From the sequence record DRR723986_13328: a DNA stretch of 64,000 bases; one strand, 5' to 3'. The position numbers and the translations under genes were made by a program. The notes below the pieces were generated by a model. The model saw nothing but the letters and a program-made list of their open reading frames with translations. It was not told the DNA's origin and did no database searches. Shown piece by piece: positions 11,291 to 19,907 of this stretch (positions within the stretch are counted from its first letter, which is position 1; each line of letters begins with the position of its first letter).

Positions 11291-11665
11291 TTAGAATTTA
11301 TAACTAAAAGAAAAACCGGCAGCTGGTTGTGTTTTTTGAATTTTTAATCCATTTAAAATGGGCAATGCACCCGTTTGCAATTGAAAGTTGAATCCATTTG
11401 GTCTGCTCAAATTAAACTCTAAAGTTGGTGAGTAAGATATTCCATTGATGATTTCAGCTTTTGTTTCTAATAACCAGTCAGTAGATATTTTGAAGAATTT
11501 ATAGCGTGAGGTGTTAATGAGTTCTGTCTTATTGTTTTCTGTTTTGTGCAAGTGAAGAGAGTTAGTGACGCTGTAATTGTTCATTTGAACATCAATAGAA
11601 TCTTTATGCATGGCGTTTACATTCAGTGCTAAAAATGTGAGGATAATGATGATAATTGCTTTCAT
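11291..11665 (-). CDS. Small exported hypothetical protein, possibly outer-membrane (ends FSFSYKF)
   Basis: Signal peptide MKAIIIIILTFLALNVNA from the ATG at 11665; C-terminal Phe. Confidence 0.55.
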   Translation of the reverse strand: MKAIIIIILTFLALNVNAMHKDSIDVQMNNYSVTNSLHLHKTENNKTELINTSRYKFFKISTDWLLETKAEIINGISYSPTLEFNLSRPNGFNFQLQTGALPILNGLKIQKTQPAAGFSFSYKF

Positions 11666-11756
11666 GTTGCTTTGTTTTACATTACAAAGTTGGTGATACA
11701 TGATTGCTTTTTACAATTGAATTACGCCTTTATCATGATGTTTTTGCGATTAATGC

Positions 11757-11790
11757 AAAAAAAAGCCAGGATTCAGGTCCTGGCTTTTTT
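11757..11790. terminator. Intrinsic terminator (bidirectional-type), serves the YccA gene
   Basis: A-tract GCCAGGA ttcagg TCCTGGC T-tract, just downstream of the 11807 stop. Confidence 0.85.
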
Positions 11791-11806
11791 CAATTCAATA
11801 TTAAAA

Positions 11807-12553
11807 TTAATCTCTTCCGCCCATGAATTGTAGCATGAAAAGGAATAAGTTGATGAAATCTAAGTAGAGGGTTAAAGCCCCCATGATAATCATTTTGCTG
11901 GCCATTTCTCCTTGCGATCCAATTTGCATGGCCATGTGCTTTAATTTTTGTGTGTCGTAAGCTGCTAATCCCGTGAAGATCAATACACCGATTCCACTAA
12001 TGATATAAGCCATTTGAGAGCTTTGCATAAACCAGTTCACCACCATTGCAATAACTAATCCTATTAAGGCCATGTATAAAATACTCCCCATTTTGCTTAA
12101 ATCTAAGCTAGTCGTGTATCCCGCTACGGCCATTATTCCAAATGTTGCGGCTGAGATAAAGAATGTTAAGCTAATGTGTGGCATGTCATAGAATACAAAA
12201 ATGTAACTGATACTTGCACCGAACAACACTGAAAATGCTAAGAAAGCAAACAATAATGCTTGCGAAGACATTTTTTCCATTCTTGTAGACATCAGAATAA
12301 CTATGGCTAACGGTGATAACATAACTACCCAACCTAATCCAGTTCGTGAAACAGAGCCGGTGAAATAATCTATTTCGATCAAGTAACTAAGTAACGAAGG
12401 GGTTGATCCGACAACGTATGCCGTAACTCCTGATGCCAATAAAGCCAAAAACATATAGCTAAAGACTTTAGACATGAACTTAGAAACATCTGCTTGAGAT
12501 ACACCAACAACACTGTCAATAACCTCTGATTCTTGATAATCGTAATTCTCCAT
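11807..12553 (-). CDS. Bax inhibitor-1/YccA family membrane protein
   Basis: About 7 hydrophobic segments; AAYDTQKLK and GALTLYLDFINLF motifs. Confidence 0.95.
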   Translation of the reverse strand: MENYDYQESEVIDSVVGVSQADVSKFMSKVFSYMFLALLASGVTAYVVGSTPSLLSYLIEIDYFTGSVSRTGLGWVVMLSPLAIVILMSTRMEKMSSQALLFAFLAFSVLFGASISYIFVFYDMPHISLTFFISAATFGIMAVAGYTTSLDLSKMGSILYMALIGLVIAMVVNWFMQSSQMAYIISGIGVLIFTGLAAYDTQKLKHMAMQIGSQGEMASKMIIMGALTLYLDFINLFLFMLQFMGGRD

Positions 12554-12663
12554 TTTTATCGTGTTTTAAACCGTAAATTTAATAAAAAATATAGTCGTAC
12601 TTTTGTAATATTCTTCAAATAATTAAGACGATTAGTCGTTAAAAATATTTTAAAAGCAACCGA

Positions 12664-13629
12664 ATGATTATAGTAACAGGTGCAGCGGGATTTATTTCAT
12701 CTTGTCTTGTTGGTGAATTGAATAGAAAAGGGTTTAAAAACATAGTTGTAGTAGACGATTTTTCAAAAACAGAAAAGTCTGCCAATTTAGAAGGGAAAGA
12801 AATAATAGCGAAAGTGCCCCGTTCAGATTTCTTTAAATGGGCAGAGGATTTCAAATCTGAAATTGAATTTGTTTTTCATTTAGGTGCACGAACAGATACC
12901 ACTGAATTTGATAAATCAATTTTTGATGAATTAAATGTTGAGTATTCTCAAAAAATGTGGAATCTCTGCGCGGACATGGGTATCCCTTTGGTTTATGCAT
13001 CTTCAGCGGCCACTTATGGGTTGGGGGAGTTCGGATATGATGATAACCATGAAGTTATTCAAAAATTAAAGCCGTTGAATCCTTATGGAGAATCAAAGAA
13101 TGATTTTGACAAATGGGTGATGCAACAAGAAAAACAACCTCCTTTTTGGGCAGGATTAAAATTCTTTAATGTATATGGCCCTAATGAATATCACAAAGGC
13201 AGAATGGCATCTGTAATAATGCATGCCTTTAATCAGATAGGAGAAACTAATGCCATGAAACTGTTTGCGAGTCACAATCCAGATTACAAAGATGGTGAGC
13301 AATTACGAGATTTTATTTATGTGAAGGATTTGGTAGCTGTCTGTTTGTTTTTAATGGATCAAAAAGCGGAAAGTGGATTGTATAATCTAGGGACAGGAAC
13401 GGCTCGATCATTCAAGGATTTGGCGATTGCGACATTTAAAGCCTTAGGATTAGAGCCAGCCATTTCTTACATTCCGACACCTGAAGATATCCGAGATAAA
13501 TACCAGTATTTTACTGAAGCGAACATGGATAAATTGCGTGCAAACGGTTATGATAAAGATTTTTATACCTTAGAGGATGGAGTTGAAGATTACGTCAACA
13601 ATTATTTAAAAGGTCATAATTACTTGTAA
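12664..13629 (+). CDS. rfaD: ADP-L-glycero-D-manno-heptose 6-epimerase
   Basis: MIIVTGAAGFI, YASSAATYG, PLNPYGESK, FNVYGPNEYHKGRMAS, YQYFTEA. Confidence 0.95.
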   Translation: MIIVTGAAGFISSCLVGELNRKGFKNIVVVDDFSKTEKSANLEGKEIIAKVPRSDFFKWAEDFKSEIEFVFHLGARTDTTEFDKSIFDELNVEYSQKMWNLCADMGIPLVYASSAATYGLGEFGYDDNHEVIQKLKPLNPYGESKNDFDKWVMQQEKQPPFWAGLKFFNVYGPNEYHKGRMASVIMHAFNQIGETNAMKLFASHNPDYKDGEQLRDFIYVKDLVAVCLFLMDQKAESGLYNLGTGTARSFKDLAIATFKALGLEPAISYIPTPEDIRDKYQYFTEANMDKLRANGYDKDFYTLEDGVEDYVNNYLKGHNYL

Positions 13630-13631
13630 AG

Positions 13632-14648
13632 ATGGAAGTACAGAACGATATTCAGCAGCAAATTTTTGATGCCATAAAATTAAAATTAGAACCGGGTGAA
13701 AAGTTGTCTAGCATGATGATGGATCAGCTGCATTTATCTCAAGACGCTGCATACAGGAGGTTAAGAGGTGATGTTCCGTTGACAATTTATGAAACCAAAA
13801 CGCTATGCGAATTGTACGGACTGTCTTTTGATGATTACGGAAAATTGCAAAAGGGTAGGGTTCAGTTTACCTATAACCCCTTAGATCGAATTGGATTAAA
13901 TTTTGAAACTTATTTAACAGGACTCAGAGACGGTTTGAGAGAAGCCAAAAACCTTCCAGATGTTCGTTTGATCATGAGTATCAACGATACGCCTATTTTT
14001 CAATTGTTTAATCTTCCACATTTGACCAGATTTAAGTTTTTCTTTTGGGCAAAAACCTATTTGAAGATCCCAGCTTATGCAGATCAGAAGTTTAAGAGAG
14101 AAAAAATAGACAAATCAGTTTTGGCAGTGGGTATTGAGGCTCACAATTTATACAATTCAATTCCGACTTACGAAATTTACAGCCCTGAGGCTTTAAGAGG
14201 AACATTACGTCAAATTGAGTATTATTTTGATGCTCATTTATTTGAAGATCCTTCTTACGCTTTAGAGTTGATTGATAACCTGATAGACCTGTTACATCAC
14301 ATGAAAGCACAGGCCGAATGTGGTAAAAAGTTTGCGAGAGGCAACGAGCCAACTTCAGGGGATCAAAATTTCTTCATGTATTCAAACGAGACCTATATTG
14401 CAGATAATACCTATGTGGTTAAATGGGATTCAGGCTCTGCTGTTTATTTGTCACATAATATCATGAACTATCTGAATACCATGGATCCTTATTACGTGAC
14501 GGAATCAGAACGAATTCTTGAAGAGCTTCAAAACAACTCAAGTTTGATTTCTGCCGCAAACGCAAAGGAGCGGAACAAGTTCTTTGGAAATATTGAAAGA
14601 ACCGTTTTAAATTTCAGAAGAAAAGTGGAGTCTGAACTTGAGTTTTAA
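13632..14648 (+). CDS. Hypothetical protein with N-terminal helix-turn-helix (probable regulator)
   Basis: N-terminal LHLSQDAAYRRLRGDVPLTIYE...LCELYGLSFD resembles an XRE-like HTH; 2-nt gap after rfaD. Confidence 0.6.
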   Translation: MEVQNDIQQQIFDAIKLKLEPGEKLSSMMMDQLHLSQDAAYRRLRGDVPLTIYETKTLCELYGLSFDDYGKLQKGRVQFTYNPLDRIGLNFETYLTGLRDGLREAKNLPDVRLIMSINDTPIFQLFNLPHLTRFKFFFWAKTYLKIPAYADQKFKREKIDKSVLAVGIEAHNLYNSIPTYEIYSPEALRGTLRQIEYYFDAHLFEDPSYALELIDNLIDLLHHMKAQAECGKKFARGNEPTSGDQNFFMYSNETYIADNTYVVKWDSGSAVYLSHNIMNYLNTMDPYYVTESERILEELQNNSSLISAANAKERNKFFGNIERTVLNFRRKVESELEF

Positions 14649-16363
14649 AACTTCGGAGCTGCCACAGATCTGTATTTTCTTACCTGAATTTTCTTGTCTT
14701 TAGGATATTTTATTGTGAAGCCTATTTTATACTTCTTTATTTCTGAAGGAGCAAGATTCACTTTCCAAACCAATTTACCAGTTGTTTCATTATAAATAGC
14801 TGACGAAGTTTCTTCAACTGAAACAGAAATATCACTGTCTTGAGATATAGGAACTTGATCAAATAAATCAATGACAACAGGAATATCTCTATTGTTTTTC
14901 ACGGTAATTTCATAAACATAAGTGTCTTTTCTGTTGTTTCCTATTACTTTTTTATCACTGAATTCTTCTAATTTTTTTCGAGCAATTGAAATTCGATTAT
15001 CTCTACCGAATGACAATCTTAAAGTGTCTCCAACGTTACGGGTATTTATGTAAGACTGTCCAACATATGTGTCAGCGAAATAAACGTTAGTTGGTCCCGG
15101 AACCAAATCTAAATCTTCCCATCCAACAATATTGGCTAATAGAAAGGCATCCTTATCAAGTTTAGGAACTGCTTTATGAGAAAAGGTAGCAGCTAATTCA
15201 TTGTTGGTTACTTCAACTAAATAGGGCTTTGAATCTGATGGGATGGTGTATTTTTCTTCAATTGCAAATTCAGTGCTAAGCTCCGAGACCTCAATCGTTG
15301 TAAAGTTCATTTCAGGTTTTCCGTTTTGACCGTTCCAAAATTCTTCAGTTTGACCGATACCATTTCCATCAAAAATTAACCCGCTAATATTAGAATTAAC
15401 ATTTGGTGCAGAGGCGTTTTGGTAATATTGTTTGAATTCGTTGCGTTCAGGCACTACATATTCATTGCCTTTATAGTAGTCATTGTTGGTGGTTAAAGAA
15501 TTATAATTTAAATACCATGGTTTTAAAACTGGCGCAGAGGCAGTCAGGTTTGGGTCTGACGTAGAAAGTGTAATGTTAATGTCATTCCAATCATTCCCAG
15601 TGTTATTATACACTTTGGCCTTATATTTTAAGTTTATTTTACCTTTTACATCTGCAGCAGAAAGGTCATAATTTGCTTGCCAGCCACAATTTGATACGAC
15701 ATATTTTAAATCAACATTTAAAGTTTGATTAACATCAGAATCCACAATAACAATAATCTGATTGCTTTTAATAGTTTCTTGATAATTTAATTCTGTCAGT
15801 TGATTGGAATAGCGGTATTTAAGTTGGTTTAATTCTCTAATATCTTTATCGTATTTCGTGAGAATCTTATTGAGCTCCATCATTCTAGTGCGATAAAAAG
15901 TGGCCATGCTTTTCAGTTCTTCAACCGAAAGGTTTTGTTGCTCACCTTTTATGACATTGTTTCGCAACAATAATTGCTTTTCTTCATTGTAGGCAGATTT
16001 TTCATTTGACAAATCAATAAGTTTGTCATCCATAATTAATATCGTGTCTTGAATGTTTTGAATTCGAGGGTTGTTTTGGATGAATGTAACATAGTCCATT
16101 TCAGAACTAACAGAAACCAAATCAAACTTTTTATCTGCGTTGAATTGAACACTTTTGTGGTCTGCAACAGTTGAGATGCGCGTAAAAATTAGTTTATTTC
16201 GACCTTTCTTAACTTCAACTTTTACGTTTCGCTTTACTTCTCCTCCAGTAACGAATACGGTTACTTCTTCAATGTTGCTGCTCACTTTTTGCTCGTGAAT
16301 GGATTGCGCCATGGTGGAGCAGGTCAATATAGCGCTAAGAATAATGAGGCCGAATTTTTTCAT
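14645..16363 (-). CDS. DUF4139/DUF4140 (MuiA-like) exported protein
   Basis: IEEVTVF..GGEV.R N-terminus, coiled coil, YVVSNCGWQANYDL, NNTGNDW, AVPKLDKDAFL, DQVPIS. Confidence 0.85.
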   Translation of the reverse strand: MKKFGLIILSAILTCSTMAQSIHEQKVSSNIEEVTVFVTGGEVKRNVKVEVKKGRNKLIFTRISTVADHKSVQFNADKKFDLVSVSSEMDYVTFIQNNPRIQNIQDTILIMDDKLIDLSNEKSAYNEEKQLLLRNNVIKGEQQNLSVEELKSMATFYRTRMMELNKILTKYDKDIRELNQLKYRYSNQLTELNYQETIKSNQIIVIVDSDVNQTLNVDLKYVVSNCGWQANYDLSAADVKGKINLKYKAKVYNNTGNDWNDINITLSTSDPNLTASAPVLKPWYLNYNSLTTNNDYYKGNEYVVPERNEFKQYYQNASAPNVNSNISGLIFDGNGIGQTEEFWNGQNGKPEMNFTTIEVSELSTEFAIEEKYTIPSDSKPYLVEVTNNELAATFSHKAVPKLDKDAFLLANIVGWEDLDLVPGPTNVYFADTYVGQSYINTRNVGDTLRLSFGRDNRISIARKKLEEFSDKKVIGNNRKDTYVYEITVKNNRDIPVVIDLFDQVPISQDSDISVSVEETSSAIYNETTGKLVWKVNLAPSEIKKYKIGFTIKYPKDKKIQVRKYRSVAAPKF

Positions 16364-16481
16364 AATTAAGATATTGTAAAAAAGTGAATTTAAGATATTC
16401 TGCGTTCGTTAATCTTGTGCTTAACAAGATTTTAACAACTTTTATTAAATACAAACCACCTCTCTAAAGGTTCAAAAAAAA

Positions 16482-17495
16482 TTAAATCCAAATTTTTGAT
16501 CCTTCTGAACAATTTCGACAGATTTCTATTTGTTTTCGATTTTTCAGTAATTGCTGATGAAACTCTGAATAAATGGCGTTTTTCCAAATCGATTGAAAAT
16601 CATTCTGAGTTATATTACCCATTTGATGATTGGCGTCTTTGTCAAAACAGCATGGTACGACAGAGCCATCCCATGTAAAAACGCATGAGCTCCAACTTCT
16701 CCAACAAGAATTATGATAGGCGTTTTTTAACTCATATTTCCCTGCAGCATTTTTTTTGTAGCGCGAATACTTTTCGTTTTCAGGAATGAGGTCGTTTCCT
16801 GTTTCATAGTCGTATACTTGAATCGTTTTGAATTTGACTTGATCGACTCCCATTTCATCTTTCAATAATTTGATCTGATCGATTTCATGTTCGTTTTGTT
16901 TGCTGACTAAGAACTGAAAAGTAAGAATTGGTAAGCTTGAATTTCTTTTCTTTTTTGCAGCAACAAGATTTTTTGTTCCTGCTTTAACTTTTTCCAAGTC
17001 ACCTTCAATTCTATAATTCTCATAGGTCTCCTGCGTTGCTCCGTCAATTGAAATAATGATTTCTGATAATCCAGAGTCAATTATTTCATTTGCAGTTTTA
17101 TCGGAAATGAAATGTGCATTCGTTGAAGTAAGGACGTAGATGTTTCTTTTTCTTGCCTCTTTTACTAAGCTCAAAAAATTTGGGTTAATAAAAGGCTCGC
17201 CTTGAAAATAGTAATTGATATACTGAAGGTTTTTTCCTAAACCGTCAAGAATATTCTTATTCATCTCGGGCTTTAAATTGCCTGTTGGTCTTGTGAATTG
17301 TCTAAGCCCGCTTGGGCACTGCGGACATTTTAAATTACAGGCAGTTGTAGGTTCTATAGATACGGCAATTGGGCTTCCCCAATGGATCGGTTTTTTAATC
17401 AATCTTGAAATCAAGTAAGAGAGCTTCAAAAGGATTAAATTCCAAACACGTCTTGGGTTTGTTGTTTTTAATATTTCTACTTTTCTGCTACCCAC
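16482..17495 (-). CDS. Radical SAM/SPASM(twitch) domain protein
   Basis: CNLKCPQC motif, QGEPF, ISIDGA; C-terminal CWRSW...DGSVVPCC...CRNC. Confidence 0.92.
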   Translation of the reverse strand: MGSRKVEILKTTNPRRVWNLILLKLSYLISRLIKKPIHWGSPIAVSIEPTTACNLKCPQCPSGLRQFTRPTGNLKPEMNKNILDGLGKNLQYINYYFQGEPFINPNFLSLVKEARKRNIYVLTSTNAHFISDKTANEIIDSGLSEIIISIDGATQETYENYRIEGDLEKVKAGTKNLVAAKKKRNSSLPILTFQFLVSKQNEHEIDQIKLLKDEMGVDQVKFKTIQVYDYETGNDLIPENEKYSRYKKNAAGKYELKNAYHNSCWRSWSSCVFTWDGSVVPCCFDKDANHQMGNITQNDFQSIWKNAIYSEFHQQLLKNRKQIEICRNCSEGSKIWI

Positions 17496-17665
17496 TGTGC
17501 ACTTACATCTGAATTTTAGCTGTAAACATACAACATTGTGAGCGATCTTGTAAATTTCAAAGGTTTAGATAGTCTGATTTAAGCTTTAAAATATTGTCTA
17601 CTAGCTGGTTTTCTAGATTTAATTTTCGTAATTTAGCGGGATTACTAAAAAATAATACCATAAAC

Positions 17666-19399
17666 ATGAAGAAAATTTTACTATTGATGAGTGTTGCATT
17701 TATGTCAACACTTCTAAACGCCCAGGTAATATGTTACGTGGAAGCACCTTCTGCAAATGAAGGAAATTATGACTTTACATACGCCGAAGGAGCAACATGG
17801 GGAGTTGCAGATTTAACCAACCCTGCCAATTCTGTTCAAGGAACTATGGTAATGGTTGATGATGGAACTGCGGCCGACTCATTGGGATGTGATGTTTCAC
17901 CTGCTGGAGCATATACTGGAAACGTTGCTGTTTTATACAGAGGATCTTGTGAGTTTGGTTTAAAAGCTAAGAATGCTCAAGATGCTGGTGCGATTGCTTG
18001 TATCATCATTAACAATTTAGGTGGTGCACCGGTTGCAATGGGAGCAGGAGCTGAAGGAATTAACGTTACTATTCCGGTAGTAATGATTACTAACACTGCG
18101 GGTGCTTTATTAAAAGCGGAAATTGAAGCAGGAACATCTACTGTGTTTATTGGTTCTAAAAACGGTTTATATGGTGATGATTTAGGTATCAGACCTGATG
18201 AAATCTTAAGAGCTGAAACTTTCGGTATTATTCAAGATTTAGCGCAAGACGCTTCTGAGTTTTCTGTAAAAGTTGGTGCTTGGGTAAGAAACTACGGAAC
18301 AAATGATCAAAACAACGTTTCATTGAATTGTACGATTACTGGTGGTTCTTCTACATACAACGAGACTTCTACTCCGATTACAATTTTAGCTGGAGATAGT
18401 GTTTTTATCCCTCTTCCAGATTATTCTGAGCCATCTTATATGAATGACTATTATGATATGGTGTATACTATTAATATGACACCAACTGATGAGTCTACTT
18501 TTGATAACATGCAAGTTTCTGATTTCATGATTCAAGATTCATTACACTCGCATAGTAGATTAGATGCAACTGATGGTTCACCGGTTAGTACTACAAATCA
18601 ATTTACAGCAGAAGATACTAGAACTTGTGTGTATTTTAGAGATCCTAATGCAAGTAGAATGGCAATTAACGGTATGACTGTTTCTGCTGGAACTTCTCAA
18701 AATCCAACACCAACTTCTTTAGATGGTGAGTTCATTGAAGTATTTGCTTTTAAATGGTTGAATAACTTTACTGATGTAACTGATTATGGTGATTCTACCA
18801 TTGCTAATCTTCAAGAAATAGGAAGAGGAGATTACTTGTATATTTCTGATCAACAGTCTGAAGATATCTTTATTCCATTTAACAATCAAGTTCAATTAGA
18901 AGACGATCAGAGATATTTGTTCTGTTTAGATGTACTTGCTGGTGTTTACCCTGGTTATGATACTGATGTTGATTATACTGAGAATTATATCAATACTTCT
19001 AACCAAACTGGTGCTTATGCACAGCCAGTTAACGTAATAAAAATTAACAATGACGCTCAATACTATTTCATTGGATATGGATTAGATCAGTCATTGGCTG
19101 CTTCAATCAACATGTTTGATGCTGCTCAATTAGGAATTATGGAGAAACCAATGAAAGAGATCGTTGCTTATCCTAACCCTGCAACTGAGTTTATTAACGT
19201 TCCTTTAAATGAGGTTTACGGAGATGTTACAGTTACTATCACTGATATGAACGGTAAAATCGTAAGTACTCAAAACGTTTCAATGAATTCAAATGTATTA
19301 ACTGTTGATGTTACGACTATCGCTACTGGAATGTATGCGTTTAACGTAATTCACGGTGATGAGTCTGATGTATTTACAGTAGCTGTTACTCGTAGATAA
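17666..19399 (+). CDS. PA-domain secreted protein with T9SS type A CTD
   Basis: Signal MKKILLL from ATG 17666; AVLYRGSCEFGLKAKNAQDAGAIACII...IPVVMI PA domain; C-terminal AYPNPATEF...GMY. Confidence 0.85.
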   Translation: MKKILLLMSVAFMSTLLNAQVICYVEAPSANEGNYDFTYAEGATWGVADLTNPANSVQGTMVMVDDGTAADSLGCDVSPAGAYTGNVAVLYRGSCEFGLKAKNAQDAGAIACIIINNLGGAPVAMGAGAEGINVTIPVVMITNTAGALLKAEIEAGTSTVFIGSKNGLYGDDLGIRPDEILRAETFGIIQDLAQDASEFSVKVGAWVRNYGTNDQNNVSLNCTITGGSSTYNETSTPITILAGDSVFIPLPDYSEPSYMNDYYDMVYTINMTPTDESTFDNMQVSDFMIQDSLHSHSRLDATDGSPVSTTNQFTAEDTRTCVYFRDPNASRMAINGMTVSAGTSQNPTPTSLDGEFIEVFAFKWLNNFTDVTDYGDSTIANLQEIGRGDYLYISDQQSEDIFIPFNNQVQLEDDQRYLFCLDVLAGVYPGYDTDVDYTENYINTSNQTGAYAQPVNVIKINNDAQYYFIGYGLDQSLAASINMFDAAQLGIMEKPMKEIVAYPNPATEFINVPLNEVYGDVTVTITDMNGKIVSTQNVSMNSNVLTVDVTTIATGMYAFNVIHGDESDVFTVAVTRR

Positions 19400-19418
19400 T
19401 TTGGGTAAAAATTAATTG

Positions 19419-19452
19419 AAAGAGGCGGTGATTTCACCGCCTCTTTTTTTTT
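19419..19452 (+). terminator. Intrinsic terminator
   Basis: AAAGAGGCGGTG attt CACCGCCTCTTT followed by a long T tract, 20 nt after the stop. Confidence 0.93.
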
Positions 19453-19614
19453 GTCATTTTTTTCATGAATACTTTTCTAGAATATGCGTCATTTATTTTT
19501 CCCATCATTAGTTAAAGAGGGAGTTCACTAAAAGGATTTGTTAGATAAAGACTGACTCTTGAAAAGGGGTGCGCATTTTGAATCGTGTTATTTTAATTTT
19601 GTTGTGTCTTTAAA

Positions 19615-19729
19615 TTCTCAAACTACTGCAGAGTTGAAGGCTAATCACGCTTTCACTTTTTACGCTTAATGCGACATGTCCTGAACAAGGAGTCAATAAG
19701 TAATGGCAGATTTTACAGACGTTTGAGAA
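19615..19729 (+). ncRNA. Candidate structured non-coding RNA (family not identified)
   Basis: Closing stem TTCTCAAAC/GTTTGAGAA extended by a G-U-rich helix; two internal hairpins; TAATTTTG -7 box at 19594-19601; no ORF in the region. Confidence 0.5.
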
Positions 19730-19871
19730 GTGAGTTCACTCAAATAAAGTAATCCAGTTACACTTGATTTCTTAAAGGGTATAGATTGATTGAGAGACTA
19801 CATACCTGGGTACTCAATTATCCTAATTTTTGATTGGTTTTACTCTTTGGAGGAATCAACAGATGAGAAAT

Positions 19872-19900
19872 AAAAAAGGCCCAAATAATCATTTGGGCCT
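19872..19900 (-). terminator. Intrinsic terminator of the 2438-aa gene
   Basis: Minus strand AGGCCCAAAT gatt ATTTGGGCCT followed by a T tract, 7 nt after the stop. Confidence 0.88.
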
Positions 19901-19907
19901 GATAACT

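Noticed and set aside
16364-17665. RiPP cluster around the radical SAM/SPASM gene
   Set aside because: No plausible precursor peptide, RRE, peptidase or exporter visible in the flanks
19615-19729. Calling the candidate RNA an SRP RNA, 6S RNA or riboswitch
   Set aside because: It lacks the SRP CAGG..GNRA..AGCA signature, has no downstream gene for cis control, and I cannot match it confidently to any family
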